A stretch of DNA of 64,000 nt, from positions 10,230-74,229 of the forward strand of contig JAJQIF010000016.1 of NCBI GenBank assembly GCA_021199355.1. The letters are read 5' to 3'. The translations under genes were made by a program, and so were the position numbers. Numbering within the stretch: the stretch's first letter is position 1; every line of letters begins with the position of its first letter. Source of the DNA: Oscillospiraceae bacterium (GTDB lineage Bacteria; Bacillota; Clostridia; Oscillospirales; Ruminococcaceae). Below, piece after piece: positions 35,254 to 45,255 of the stretch. The notes under the pieces are model-generated. The model saw only the letters and a list, made by a program, of their open reading frames with translations. It did no database searches and was not told where the DNA came from.

Positions 35254-36538
35254 CTATAAGTCCCTTGACTTCGTTTAAAATTATATCCCTTGAATGCTTG
35301 AGTTCACTTGAGCTCAGCGAGTTGACTTTGAGCTTATAATAGGGAATCAGCTTGCCGAAGCGCACTGTCAGAAACGTCCTTCCGAGCCTGGTCTTGCGCC
35401 TTGTGATTCCGACCGGCAGGACATCGGCATTTGCCTCGCTTGCAACAAACACAACGCCGCTCTTGAATGCGCCGAGCTTGCCGTCCTTCGAGCGTGTCCC
35501 CTCGGGGAAGATGGTGAGGTTATAGCCTCGCTCCAAATAGTCAAGAGAGGTCTTGATTGCGCTCCTGTCGCTCGTTCCGCGCTTCACGGGAAACGCGTGG
35601 AATATCTTAAGGATATGAAATAGTTTGACTTTAAAAACGTCATCCTTGACCATGTACGCCGAGATGTTCGGAATCCTGACGCTGACGGCGACAGGGTCCA
35701 TAAGCGTATGGTGATTCGGGGCGACGATATATGAGCCGGTTTTCGGGATGTTCTCGAGCCCTTCGTGCTCAATTTTCATCGGAATCCTCAGGATTAAGAG
35801 AGCTATCCACCGAACAATTCTATAGAAGAAGCGGTTGACGGGCGGCGCCATCTTCGGAGCCGGTCGAAGAGCATTCATCTTCTCGTCGACAATCCCGAGC
35901 ACCGCCAAAACTGCGCCGTTTATGTCGAGATTCGAGGTATCAAGTTCATAAGCATCGTTGGCTTTCTTTAAGGGTGCCGCCGCTCTGTGGGAGTCGTTAT
36001 AGTCCCGCTCGTTGATTTCTTTTAAAATCTCTTCATATGAGATTTCCTGACCCTTGGCAAGATGCTCTTTCAAGCGCCTGTTGGCTCTCTCCTCGGCAGA
36101 AGCCGTGATGAAAATCTTGACCTGTGCGTTCGGGAGGATTACGGTGCCGATGTCCCGCCCGTCCATGACGATATTGTGCTTTTCCGCCATGTTTCTCTGC
36201 AAGTCGAGCAGGAATTCGCGGACCTCGGGGATTGCCGAAACGTCCGACGCCGCCATCGCTATCTCGGGGGCTCTTATCGCCTCGGAGACGTCCTCGCCGT
36301 TCAGGATGACCCTCTGTGTGCCGTCTATATACTTAAGCTCAAGCTTGATGTCCCCGAGAAGCGGAACAACCTCGCTTGCGTCATTCGTCTTTTTTCCGAG
36401 CCTGTATGCGTAGAGCCCGATTGAGCGATAGAGGGCGCCAGTGTCGACATAGACATAGCCAAGGCTTTTGGCGACCTCCTTAGCTATCGTCGACTTTCCG
36501 GCACCGCTCGGTCCGTCGAGCGCAATGCTTATTCCCAT
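35246..36538 (-). CDS. cmk: Cytidylate kinase fused to a lysophospholipid acyltransferase (PlsC-like) domain
   Basis: N-terminal IALDGPSGAGKST..DTGALYR (Cmk). C-terminal NHHTLMDP...FPEGTRS (LPLAT HX4D / EGTR motifs). Confidence 0.85.
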   Translation of the reverse strand: MGISIALDGPSGAGKSTIAKEVAKSLGYVYVDTGALYRSIGLYAYRLGKKTNDASEVVPLLGDIKLELKYIDGTQRVILNGEDVSEAIRAPEIAMAASDVSAIPEVREFLLDLQRNMAEKHNIVMDGRDIGTVILPNAQVKIFITASAEERANRRLKEHLAKGQEISYEEILKEINERDYNDSHRAAAPLKKANDAYELDTSNLDINGAVLAVLGIVDEKMNALRPAPKMAPPVNRFFYRIVRWIALLILRIPMKIEHEGLENIPKTGSYIVAPNHHTLMDPVAVSVRIPNISAYMVKDDVFKVKLFHILKIFHAFPVKRGTSDRSAIKTSLDYLERGYNLTIFPEGTRSKDGKLGAFKSGVVFVASEANADVLPVGITRRKTRLGRTFLTVRFGKLIPYYKLKVNSLSSSELKHSRDIILNEVKGLIDE

Positions 36539-37785
36539 GTAGCTTCACCATCCTGTGTTGTATTTAAAATCGCCCGAGCCGCCGTTTCAGCGGTCGCAAA
36601 CGCTATCTGCAAATTAAATCCGCCCGTCATGGCGTCGCAGTCGATAATCTCGCCCGCAAAGTAGAGTCCACGGACAAGCTTCGATTCCATCGTCTTCGGG
36701 TTGATTTCACCGGTTTTAACTCCGCCTCGGGTGACGATTCCCTCTTCAATCGGACGCAGTCGTGTTACCGTGAGAGTCAGGTTCTTCGTGAGCCGGGCGA
36801 GCCGCTCTTTTTCTTCTCTTGTAATCTGGTTGCAGGGCTTGTCCTGCGGGATTTCCGAAAGGCGAACCATGTCCGCTCTCAGCTCCCTCGGGAAAAGCCG
36901 ACCGAGCGATTCGCCAAAGGGCGTGTTCGGCGTTTCGTCGAAATCCCTCTGAATCCGCTTTGTGAGCTGTTCCATACTGAGCCCGGGCTTGAGGTCTATT
37001 ACTATCTTATAATCTTGTTTATCGTCGATATAGCATGAAGCCGACAGACTGAGCGGTCCCGCAATGCCGTATCTTGCGAAGCTCATCTCGCCGAGTTCTG
37101 TGTAAATCGGCTTTTTCTTATTGCCGTACAGCGAGAGGGTCACATTCTTTACCGTGAAGCCCCAGAGCTCTTCGGAAAAGTGTTCTTTGGTCTCAATCGG
37201 GACAAGCGAAGCCTTCGGCTCGGAGATTGTGTGCCCCAAATCGCCTGCAAGCTTATATCCGTCGCCGGTCGAGCCGGTTTTCGGATAGCTCTTCCCGCCG
37301 GTTGCCAAAATCACGGCGTCGGCTTTGTATTCTCCGTGCTCGCCCTTAACTCCCGTAACTCTGCCGTCCTCGGTGAGAATCTTGATTGCTCTGTCTTTTA
37401 CAATCTTAACGTCGCTTTTCTCAAGAGCCGCCGCAACGTCCGAAGCCTTGTCACTTATGGGGAAGACTCTCCCGCCGCGCTCGGTCTTAAGCGGCACGCC
37501 GTGCGATTCAAACCACGCCATCGTGTCCTGCGGGGACAGGTTGTCAAGCGCACTGTAGAGAAACTTCGGGTTTCGCATGACGTTTTTCATGACCTGCTCG
37601 ACTGTGCAGTTGTTCGTAAGATTGCATCTGCCCTTGCCGCTGATTCTGAGCTTCCGAAGCGTTTGCCCCGTCGGCTCAAGAACGGTCGCCCGGAGTCCCA
37701 TTTCCGAAAGCCTCGCGGCAGCAAACATCCCTGCCGCACCGCCGCCGATTATCAGTATGTCAGAATTTATTCTGTTAGACGCCAC
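36529..37785 (-). CDS. NAD(P)/FAD-dependent oxidoreductase, HI0933/YhiN (BaiN-like) family
   Basis: IIGGGAAGMFAA dinucleotide motif; GKGRCNLTN motif typical of the family. Confidence 0.8.
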   Translation of the reverse strand: MASNRINSDILIIGGGAAGMFAAARLSEMGLRATVLEPTGQTLRKLRISGKGRCNLTNNCTVEQVMKNVMRNPKFLYSALDNLSPQDTMAWFESHGVPLKTERGGRVFPISDKASDVAAALEKSDVKIVKDRAIKILTEDGRVTGVKGEHGEYKADAVILATGGKSYPKTGSTGDGYKLAGDLGHTISEPKASLVPIETKEHFSEELWGFTVKNVTLSLYGNKKKPIYTELGEMSFARYGIAGPLSLSASCYIDDKQDYKIVIDLKPGLSMEQLTKRIQRDFDETPNTPFGESLGRLFPRELRADMVRLSEIPQDKPCNQITREEKERLARLTKNLTLTVTRLRPIEEGIVTRGGVKTGEINPKTMESKLVRGLYFAGEIIDCDAMTGGFNLQIAFATAETAARAILNTTQDGEATWE

Positions 37786-38653
37786 GGTTTCCGTCCTCGC
37801 TCTTCTGGTAGACGTCGTATTCGTCCCAGATTTCCTCGAGTATCGCGAAGCTCTTCTCGACTTCCTCGTGATTTTTGAGCGAAACCGCCGCGATAAGGGC
37901 GTTAATCAGGCTCATCGGCGCAACGAGCGAATCGACAAACGAGACCATATCACTTCTTGCCAAAAGAACATTTCCCGCATTCTCGGCAATCGGCGAATCG
38001 AGGCTGTCGGTAATGGCGAGGGTTTCCGCACCCTTCTTCTTGGCATAGGCAAGAGCCTGAACCGTCTGGCGCGAATACCTCGGGAAGGAGATTCCGATAA
38101 GAAGGTCGCCCTCGCCGAGGCGCATGAGCTGCTCGAAAAGCTCCGAACGGCTTCCCTGCCGCAGAGCCACGACATCGGGGCGCATAAGCTGGAAATAGTA
38201 GCCCATGAAGGACGCCAGAGCCGCCGAGCTCCGGACGCCCAATATGTAGATGTGTCTTGCGTTTATGATGCTGTCGACCGCAGAATTGAAGTTCTTTTCG
38301 TCGGTCTCCTCGAGGGTGCGGCGGATGTGCTCGATGTCGTTTTTCAGAACCTTGCTGAAAACTTCCTCGGGGCTGAGCCTTGATTGCTCGATTCTCTGAA
38401 CGGCAGTCAACTTGTTTCTGGCGGCTTCGCGAAGGGATTTCTGGAATTCCGGGTATCCCGAAAAACCGAGGTCAGATGCAAACCTGACAACCGTCGATTC
38501 GCTCACTCCGACGCACTCGCCCAATTTCGCCGCAGTCAGATATTCCGCCTTGTCATAGTGGTCGAGGATATACTCGGCGATTTTTTTGTGCCCCTTCGAG
38601 GCGGTTTTTTCCCTTTCCCTTATCAAATCGAAAAGGTCCGATGAAGTATTCAA
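37775..38653 (-). CDS. MurR/RpiR family transcriptional regulator
   Basis: N-terminal HTH (..ESTVVRFASDLGFSGYPEF) plus a SIS domain. Confidence 0.85.
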   Translation of the reverse strand: MNTSSDLFDLIREREKTASKGHKKIAEYILDHYDKAEYLTAAKLGECVGVSESTVVRFASDLGFSGYPEFQKSLREAARNKLTAVQRIEQSRLSPEEVFSKVLKNDIEHIRRTLEETDEKNFNSAVDSIINARHIYILGVRSSAALASFMGYYFQLMRPDVVALRQGSRSELFEQLMRLGEGDLLIGISFPRYSRQTVQALAYAKKKGAETLAITDSLDSPIAENAGNVLLARSDMVSFVDSLVAPMSLINALIAAVSLKNHEEVEKSFAILEEIWDEYDVYQKSEDGNRGV

Positions 38654-38886
38654 TCCTCTTCACTCCTGTGTTCGAAAAGTTTATCCTGCATTTGCTTCAT
38701 TGTTTCGCGGCGAACCTCCGTAAGGAGCTTATGAAGTACAAATTTGCCTTCGTTCTCGACATACTCGACAATGTCGCCCTCACAGGCGCCCTCAGGCATA
38801 TCCGACTTGGGTCCCGTCAGACGGTATTCCTTGCCTATCTCAAGGATGACCTTGTCCCCTTCAAATCTTTCAATGGTCATGAACAT
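38650..38886 (-). CDS. DUF3006-like small protein
   Basis: 78 aa, IERFEGDKVILEI... pattern. 4-nt overlap with the downstream gene. Confidence 0.6.
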   Translation of the reverse strand: MFMTIERFEGDKVILEIGKEYRLTGPKSDMPEGACEGDIVEYVENEGKFVLHKLLTEVRRETMKQMQDKLFEHRSEED

Positions 38887-38889
38887 ATT

Positions 38890-39882
38890 TTATCCTCCGC
38901 TCTCAGTCTCGATACTAAAGCCGGAGCCGGTGCAGGAAAAGATGACCGTTCCGTCAATATCGGTTCTGTAAATATTTTCGGTATAAAGCTCTAATCTATC
39001 AACAACATCCGAATTCGGATGGTTATAGCTGTTGTCGCCGCATTCTATGACGCAATATTCCGGCGTGACGGCATCAAGGAAGGCATAGGACGACGAGGTC
39101 GAGCTTCCGTGGTGCGCGACCTTAAGCACGTCGACGTCCAAATCAATTCCGCTTTCGACAAGCTGGGTCTCAATCAGCTTCTCGATGTCTCCGGTGAACA
39201 AAAACGAACTGCTTCCAAAATCAAATCTTATCACTATCGAATAGTTGTTGAGCTCGTCCTCGGAATAGTCCGGCACGATTATCCTGAGCGTCCCGCTTCC
39301 GAACGCGATGGTTTCGTCCTCGGCGGCATACAGGTGACAGCCCTTCTTCTCGATAGCCGTAAGGAGCTTTTCATAGGAGTTGGTCGTCGGGACGTAATCG
39401 TCGGGAATTTCCGGCATGATAACCTCGCCGATTTCGATGTCGGAGGAGATGACCTTGCGAAGCCCGCCGATGTGGTCGGAATGAGGGTGCGTCCCCACGA
39501 CATAGTCAAGCCTGGTGATTCCGAGTTCCCCAAGGTATGCGACCACCGTGTCGCCATACTCCGACTCACCGCCGTCGATGAGCATCGTGGTGCCGTCGTC
39601 GGCAACTATGAGCTCGCAGTCGCCCTGCCCGACGTTGATAAAGTACACCTTAGCACAGCTTCCGTCCGCAACCGGCACTACGGTCTCGTCCGACGAATTT
39701 GTCGCCGAAGTGGTAACCGAGCCGCCCGAATCGGTGTCCGCAACCTGCGGCTCCATAAAGAAGTGGTCAACGCCGACGTAGATTATAAACAGCGAGCACA
39801 ACAGCACCAACGCCGCCGCAAGGTTTAATCTGTTCTGTTTTCTCTTTTTAGCAGACCTGCGCCTGCGATGGGTTTTGGGCAT
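38890..39882 (-). CDS. Membrane-anchored MBL-fold hydrolase (ComEC C-terminal-domain-like)
   Basis: N-terminal TM; INVGQGDC and HPHSDHIGG metallo-beta-lactamase motifs. Confidence 0.75.
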   Translation of the reverse strand: MPKTHRRRRSAKKRKQNRLNLAAALVLLCSLFIIYVGVDHFFMEPQVADTDSGGSVTTSATNSSDETVVPVADGSCAKVYFINVGQGDCELIVADDGTTMLIDGGESEYGDTVVAYLGELGITRLDYVVGTHPHSDHIGGLRKVISSDIEIGEVIMPEIPDDYVPTTNSYEKLLTAIEKKGCHLYAAEDETIAFGSGTLRIIVPDYSEDELNNYSIVIRFDFGSSSFLFTGDIEKLIETQLVESGIDLDVDVLKVAHHGSSTSSSYAFLDAVTPEYCVIECGDNSYNHPNSDVVDRLELYTENIYRTDIDGTVIFSCTGSGFSIETESGG

Positions 39883-39902
39883 TAGTGTCCCCTACTTAAA
39901 TC

Positions 39903-40658
39903 TCAATAAATATGGCTGAAAATCAGCGCTAAGATTCCGGCTAAAATCAGGAACGGCAGAATGTACAACAGGAAGGCATACCCGAGGGTCTGCAGGCAGG
40001 ACTTTTCCTGCTTGCGCTCAGCTTGGCGCTGACGCATCGCTTCACGCTCTTCGGCTATCTTTGCCGAGCGCTCCTCTTTTTCCTTCTCCTCGGCTTCGCG
40101 TTTCTCCTGTTCCTTGGCATCGACTTCATAAACTATTCTGTCAAAAAGCGTTCCAATCATTTCATCCGGAGATATTTCCTTCGGCACGGAAATGCCATAC
40201 TTCCGGTTGGCTTCGTCGACAACTGCGTCGACATCGCTCTTGGAAAATCCAAAGCCTCTGTCAAGCAGGATATCAACAGATATCTCATCCGAAGTGAAGA
40301 CAATTCCGTTAAGTGCCTTTTCCGGATGGGCATGTCTCACAACACACTCGGCGAGGAAGTTCCAGACGCCCATTTCAACATTATCCCAGCTGTAGCTGTC
40401 GACAAGTTCCTGAAACATGACATCATAGACGTCCTTCATAGTCTCGCATCCCTCGGCAATCGCCATGCCTGTGGCTTCGTCATACTCGTCCATGATGCCT
40501 TCACATATATCGCCGAAGTTGAAGTCATCGATTCCGGCTTCCGAAAGCGTGGTCTCAAAGCTGAGACCGTCGGCAGAAGTTCCCGTTGTCTTCTCGGTAA
40601 ACCGCTTTATGTCGTCCCAGAGCTTACTGCACTCAAGAATCATATCTTTTCTTTGCAT
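39903..40658 (-). CDS. Hypothetical tail-anchored protein with a charged coiled-coil segment
   Basis: ATG 40658 is preceded by AAAGGGA; the track start at 40676 is a TTG. C-terminal TM LGYAFLLYILPFLILAGILALIF. Confidence 0.5.
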   Translation of the reverse strand: MQRKDMILECSKLWDDIKRFTEKTTGTSADGLSFETTLSEAGIDDFNFGDICEGIMDEYDEATGMAIAEGCETMKDVYDVMFQELVDSYSWDNVEMGVWNFLAECVVRHAHPEKALNGIVFTSDEISVDILLDRGFGFSKSDVDAVVDEANRKYGISVPKEISPDEMIGTLFDRIVYEVDAKEQEKREAEEKEKEERSAKIAEEREAMRQRQAERKQEKSCLQTLGYAFLLYILPFLILAGILALIFSHIY

Positions 40659-40706
40659 ATTCAATTTCCCTTTCAAATTTTATTTAAAGCCGTCCGGCTT
40701 AAATGA

Positions 40707-43307
40707 TTATTCCCCTTCGGAGCTGTCTGTTGGCGTCTGTGCTCCAGCGCCAATCATCGCCCGTCTTTCGAGCCACTGTGCCTTGGTCATGAGCACCTGC
40801 CTCGGCTTTGCTCCGTCGGCGGGACCGACGATGCCCATCGCTTCGAGCTCGTCCATGGTGCGGGCGGCGCGGGCATAGCCTAATTTCAGCCTTCTTTGCA
40901 GGAAGCTTGTCGAGGCTTGTCCCGCTTCGACAACGGCTTCAATGGCGCGCTCGGTCATATCATCATTGCTGTTGGTTTTAGCTTCGGAATCGTCGGACGA
41001 AGGCTTGTCCTTCTTCGAAGAAAGATCCTCCGCCGCCTTATCAGCGGCTCTCTCAAACTCTTCGTCATACGTTGCTTCTTTCTGAGCCTTCAGAAATTCA
41101 ACAACGCGTTTAATCTCATCCGTTGCGACAAAGCTTCCCTGAATTCTTGTCGGCTTCGACTGCCCGACCGGCTTATAAAGAAGGTCGCCGTTGCCGAGGA
41201 GGTCTTCGGCGCCGCCTTCGTCGAGAATTACTCTCGAGTCAATCTGATTCGAAACCTTCAACGCAACACGGCTCGGGATATTCGCCTTGATAAGACCGGT
41301 GACGATGTCGACTCTCGGGCTCTGGGTTGCGACTATCAGGTGCATGCCTGCGGCTCTCGCCAACTGTGCCAGACGGCAAATCGAATTTTCAACGTCCTTC
41401 GGAGCCGCCATCATAAGGTCGGCAAGCTCGTCCACGACGATTACCATCTGCGGAAGCGGCTTCAGATTCTCGCTCTCTTCGGCGAGCTTGTTATAGTCCT
41501 TCAGGTCCCTCACGCCGTTATCGGCGAAGATGCTGTAACGTCTGAGCATTTCGGTGACAGCCTGATTCAGGGCGCCCGCCGCTTTCTTGGCGTCGGTAAC
41601 GACCGGAATCAGAAGATGCGGAATGCCGTTATAGACGGGGAACTCGACCTGCTTCGGGTCAACCAAGATAAGCTTGACCTCGTCCGGCGAAGCGTTATAA
41701 AGGATGCTCATTATAATCGAATTTGTGAAGACGGATTTACCGGAGCCGGTGGTACCGGCAATCAGGATATGCGGCATTTTTGAGATGTCGCCGATGATGA
41801 TCTTGCCGTCGATATCGCGCCCTACGGGAAAGCTGAGCTTGCCCTTGGCGTTTCTGAACTCGTCGCTGTCGATGAGCTCTCTTATGTAAACGGTTTCACG
41901 CTGTTTGTTTGCAATCTCGATGCCGACTGCGGCTTTTCCCGGGATGGGCGCTTCGATTCTGACGCCGCTCGCCGCAAGGTTCAGGGCGATGTCGTCCGCA
42001 AGGCTCGTGATCTTCGAGACCTTGACTCCCGCCGCCGGCTGTAATTCGTATCTCGTGACGGAAGGTCCACGGCTGATGCCGACAATTCTGGTGGCAACGC
42101 CGAAGCTCCGAAGAGTCTCGACCAATGTCTGCGAATTCTTCTCTGATTCTATGGCTGTATCCTCCGCAGAGGCTTTTCTCTCTACCGGATTAAGCAAATC
42201 AATCGGCGGGGCGTTATATGCCGAGACGGTTGTGTCCTCCATCTCGATAAGAGTCGTCTGACCGCCCTCGGTGACATAGAGCTTGTTCTCGGGCTCCGCT
42301 TCGGTGACGCCGGTTTCGACAGTTTCCTCTTTCTTCGGTTCTTCCTTAACCGGCTCGGGTTTGACTTCAGGCTTTGTCTCCTCGGCGGGCTTTTCCTCTC
42401 CCTTCGGGAATTCCTTCGGGAAGATTTCCTCGCTCGCCTTGATGGTTATATCGTCGTCTGAGATGAAGTCCGCCGGCATCTTCTCGCGCTTTTTATTCGA
42501 TTTCTTAACGGGAAGCTTCTTGAGAGCCTCCTGCTCGTCGTCCTCAAGGAACTTGGCAACGTCGATTCTCGGCTCCTGCGCCTTCTTCTGCTTCTCTTTT
42601 TCCTTGGCTTCGGCTTCCTGCTTCTTGCGCTTTTCTTCGTTTGCGGCTTCGCGCTCGAGGCGCTTGATTTCCTGCTCCTCTGCTGTTTCCGAAAGGGCGA
42701 CCTTAGCCTTGCCGAAGAGACCGGCGATGAATTTTCCGATATCGACAATAGTGATGTTCGTAAGCAGCATTACGAACAGGAGCACCAGAAGTATTATGAT
42801 AATCAACGCTCCGACATTGCCGCAGAGCTTAGAGAGCCCTCCGCCTATGAAGATAGACAGAGCGCCGCCGCCCTTGTGGTTCTCGGCGCCGTTTTTATAA
42901 AGAGCGCTGATGATGGTCCCGAAACTATCCCCCGAAAACGCGCTGTTTCCGGAGGTGAAGCCGTTGATAATTTCAAACATCGGGCTGACAAGGAAGATGA
43001 GGACAACTCCCTGAACCGTCTTGATGACAGCCGCACTGCCCGACTTGTCGATTGCGAGCATGCAGGCGACATAGATGATTATGGGCGCAACAAGAGCCGC
43101 GGAGATTCCGAAGAGTCCCCACATGACATTGTGCATACCGTTCCAGAGGGATTCCCCCTTGACCCACGTCACGAAGAGAAGGAATATTCCCACCACGGAA
43201 AATACTATTGAGTAAACCCGATTTTTGCGAAGCCGCTGTGCCTCGGAAGCCTTAGCCGAAGCCGAAGCGCGCTTTCTTGTTGTCGTTTTCTTCTTAGTTT
43301 GCGCCAT
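40707..43307 (-). CDS. ftsK: DNA translocase FtsK/SpoIIIE
   Basis: 866 aa. N-terminal TMs, Lys/Glu-rich linker, motor domain with GTTGSGKS Walker A, C-terminal gamma wHTH. Confidence 0.95.
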   Translation of the reverse strand: MAQTKKKTTTRKRASASAKASEAQRLRKNRVYSIVFSVVGIFLLFVTWVKGESLWNGMHNVMWGLFGISAALVAPIIIYVACMLAIDKSGSAAVIKTVQGVVLIFLVSPMFEIINGFTSGNSAFSGDSFGTIISALYKNGAENHKGGGALSIFIGGGLSKLCGNVGALIIIILLVLLFVMLLTNITIVDIGKFIAGLFGKAKVALSETAEEQEIKRLEREAANEEKRKKQEAEAKEKEKQKKAQEPRIDVAKFLEDDEQEALKKLPVKKSNKKREKMPADFISDDDITIKASEEIFPKEFPKGEEKPAEETKPEVKPEPVKEEPKKEETVETGVTEAEPENKLYVTEGGQTTLIEMEDTTVSAYNAPPIDLLNPVERKASAEDTAIESEKNSQTLVETLRSFGVATRIVGISRGPSVTRYELQPAAGVKVSKITSLADDIALNLAASGVRIEAPIPGKAAVGIEIANKQRETVYIRELIDSDEFRNAKGKLSFPVGRDIDGKIIIGDISKMPHILIAGTTGSGKSVFTNSIIMSILYNASPDEVKLILVDPKQVEFPVYNGIPHLLIPVVTDAKKAAGALNQAVTEMLRRYSIFADNGVRDLKDYNKLAEESENLKPLPQMVIVVDELADLMMAAPKDVENSICRLAQLARAAGMHLIVATQSPRVDIVTGLIKANIPSRVALKVSNQIDSRVILDEGGAEDLLGNGDLLYKPVGQSKPTRIQGSFVATDEIKRVVEFLKAQKEATYDEEFERAADKAAEDLSSKKDKPSSDDSEAKTNSNDDMTERAIEAVVEAGQASTSFLQRRLKLGYARAARTMDELEAMGIVGPADGAKPRQVLMTKAQWLERRAMIGAGAQTPTDSSEGE

Positions 43308-43326
43308 TATATCACCTTTATAAAAT

Positions 43327-43391
43327 CACTTAAAGCCTCCCCTGAAAGGGGAGGGGGACCGCCGCCGAAAGCGGTGGTGGAGGGGTTATCC
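43327..43391. repeat. 65-bp two-hairpin intergenic repeat, copy 1 (overlaps the uppP stop codon)
   Basis: CACTTAAAGCCTCCCCTGAAAGGGGAGGGGGACCGCCGCCGAAAGCGGTGGTGGAGGGGTTATCC. About 92% identical to the reverse complement of 57825-57888. Confidence 0.85.
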
Positions 43392-44252
43392 ACCTATCAC
43401 AAACGCATGCCCTACGATTGCCTCGAGTATTGCGATGAATATTGTTACAATTCCGAGAACTCCGGTGTAAATCCAGAATATCTTGAACTTATCCGACTTG
43501 ATTATGTACTGAATGAGCCTGATTGCGAGGAATCCGACCACTGCGGCGACTATGAAGCCGACGAGGCAGGGGAAGAACCCGACCGAGCTCTCCGAGCCTA
43601 TGGCTCCGCCGATTTCGCTTATGCAACCGGCGATGATTGCCGGAATGCCGAGGATGAACGAATAGCTGACGGCGGCGTCTCTTGAAAGTCCGCAGAAGAT
43701 ACCGGCTGAAATAGTGGAGCCGGAACGCGAAACGCCCGGGAGAAGTGCAACGCCCTGGAAGAAGCCTATCTTCACGGAATCACTGTACTTCAGATCGGTC
43801 ATCTTCTTCGAGCCCTTCGACTGCATATCTGCCATGAAGAGGATTGCGGCGGTATAGAGGAAGCAGATGCCCTCCATGAGAATCGAGCCGTCCTCCGAGA
43901 AGCTTTCGAAGAAGCCCTTGAAGATAGCGAACGGGATGAGCATTGCCGTTGAGATTATGAACATGAACACCAGGCGTCTCTCGGGAGAGGCGTTGTCGAT
44001 TGAGAAATTGCGGGTGAAGATGTCCTTTATCATCCGTCCGAATTCCTTGATGAGCTCCCAGATCTGCTTATAGTAAACAAAGCAGACGGCGACAAGTGTG
44101 CCGAGGTGCAAAACAGCCGTTAAGACAAGTCCGTCCTCGCCGCTCGTGCCTGTGAAATGCTGGAACAAAGAAAGGTGTCCCGACGACGAGACCGGCAGAA
44201 ACTCCGTCAACCCCTGAATGATTCCTTGCCAGATTGCTGATAATATCGACAT
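43386..44252 (-). CDS. uppP: Undecaprenyl-diphosphate phosphatase
   Basis: 288 aa, multi-TM; GLTEFLPVSSSGHL and PGVSRSG BacA motifs. Confidence 0.95.
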   Translation of the reverse strand: MSILSAIWQGIIQGLTEFLPVSSSGHLSLFQHFTGTSGEDGLVLTAVLHLGTLVAVCFVYYKQIWELIKEFGRMIKDIFTRNFSIDNASPERRLVFMFIISTAMLIPFAIFKGFFESFSEDGSILMEGICFLYTAAILFMADMQSKGSKKMTDLKYSDSVKIGFFQGVALLPGVSRSGSTISAGIFCGLSRDAAVSYSFILGIPAIIAGCISEIGGAIGSESSVGFFPCLVGFIVAAVVGFLAIRLIQYIIKSDKFKIFWIYTGVLGIVTIFIAILEAIVGHAFVIGG

Positions 44253-44306
44253 ATGCTCAAGTCCTTTCTATAAGTGGATCTGTTTTATTCTTTGGTGTGG
44301 CAACTT

Positions 44307-44380
44307 CTGTAGGGGCGGATATTATCCGCCCGCTTTTTCGCAGGTGCTTTGGTTCGGGCGGATGATATCCGCCCCTACAA
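44307..44380. repeat. Inverted pair of the GGGCGGAT(A/G)ATATCCGCCC-CTACAA repeat (copies 2 and 3)
   Basis: CTGTAGGGGCGGATATTATCCGCCCGC ... CGGGCGGATGATATCCGCCCCTACAA, between ylzJ and uppP. Confidence 0.8.
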
Positions 44381-44569
44381 TTAAATCCGTTTCCCCGGCT
44401 GGTACCTTTCCTCCAGATACACCCTCGGGTCGGTCGAAAACAAGCTCTTTACTACTTTATTTTTGCCGGAGACGGTATATTCTACTTTTCCGTTCCCGAT
44501 GTCCATAAACCGCGTCGGTTTTTCGCCTCGGGTGAAGATGTCGTACTCGGAGATTATTGTGTAGAGCAT
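44381..44569 (-). CDS. YlzJ-like small protein
   Basis: 62 aa from the ATG that overlaps the tepA stop (ATGA). Position downstream of tepA as in Bacillus. Confidence 0.6.
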   Translation of the reverse strand: MLYTIISEYDIFTRGEKPTRFMDIGNGKVEYTVSGKNKVVKSLFSTDPRVYLEERYQPGKRI

Positions 44570-45255
44570 CACTCGCCACCTTCTATCATCCGATATAAGC
44601 ACTCGATTGCCTCGCTCAGACCTCCGACGGAATCTATTATCCCTTCAGAAACTGCGTCCTCGCCCGTCAGAACGCTTCCCACGTCCATGACGAGCTCGCC
44701 GGTCTTGAGCATAAGCTCCTTGAAGCGCTCGGCGGAAACGTTCGAGTTGTCGGCAACGAACCGCACGATTCGCTCCTGCATTTTTTCAAAATACGATAGC
44801 GTCTGCGGCACTCCCAAGACGAGCCCCGTAAGCCGCACCGGGTGAATTGTCATCGTGGCGGATTTGACTATGAAGGAATGCTTTGCGCTGACCGCCAAGG
44901 GAACTCCTATCGAATGCCCTCCGCCGACGACTATCGAGACGGTCGGGGTCTTCATCGAAGAGATAAGCTCCGCCAAGGCAAGCCCCGCCTCAACGTCCCC
45001 GCCGACGGTGTTTATTATTATAATGAGCCCTTCGATGGTCGTGTCCTGCTCAATGGCGACGAGTGCGGGCATGATGTGCTCGTATTTTGTGGTTTTGTTC
45101 TGCGGCGGAAGGATATAGTGCCCTTCAATCTGCCCGATAACACTCAGGCAGTGGATGAGGTGCCGCGAATTCTGGATTGCGATGTCGCGATACTGCTCCG
45201 AAAGCTCCGCCTGCTCCTCGGTGACTTCGTTGTTTTGCGCCATTTCATCACTCAT
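44569..45255 (-). CDS. tepA: ClpP-family protease-like protein TepA
   Basis: ClpP/crotonase-fold pattern ([14 protein letters not shown]..., GGGHSIG). Start ATG 45255 is preceded by GGGAG. Confidence 0.7.
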   Translation of the reverse strand: MSDEMAQNNEVTEEQAELSEQYRDIAIQNSRHLIHCLSVIGQIEGHYILPPQNKTTKYEHIMPALVAIEQDTTIEGLIIIINTVGGDVEAGLALAELISSMKTPTVSIVVGGGHSIGVPLAVSAKHSFIVKSATMTIHPVRLTGLVLGVPQTLSYFEKMQERIVRFVADNSNVSAERFKELMLKTGELVMDVGSVLTGEDAVSEGIIDSVGGLSEAIECLYRMIEGGE

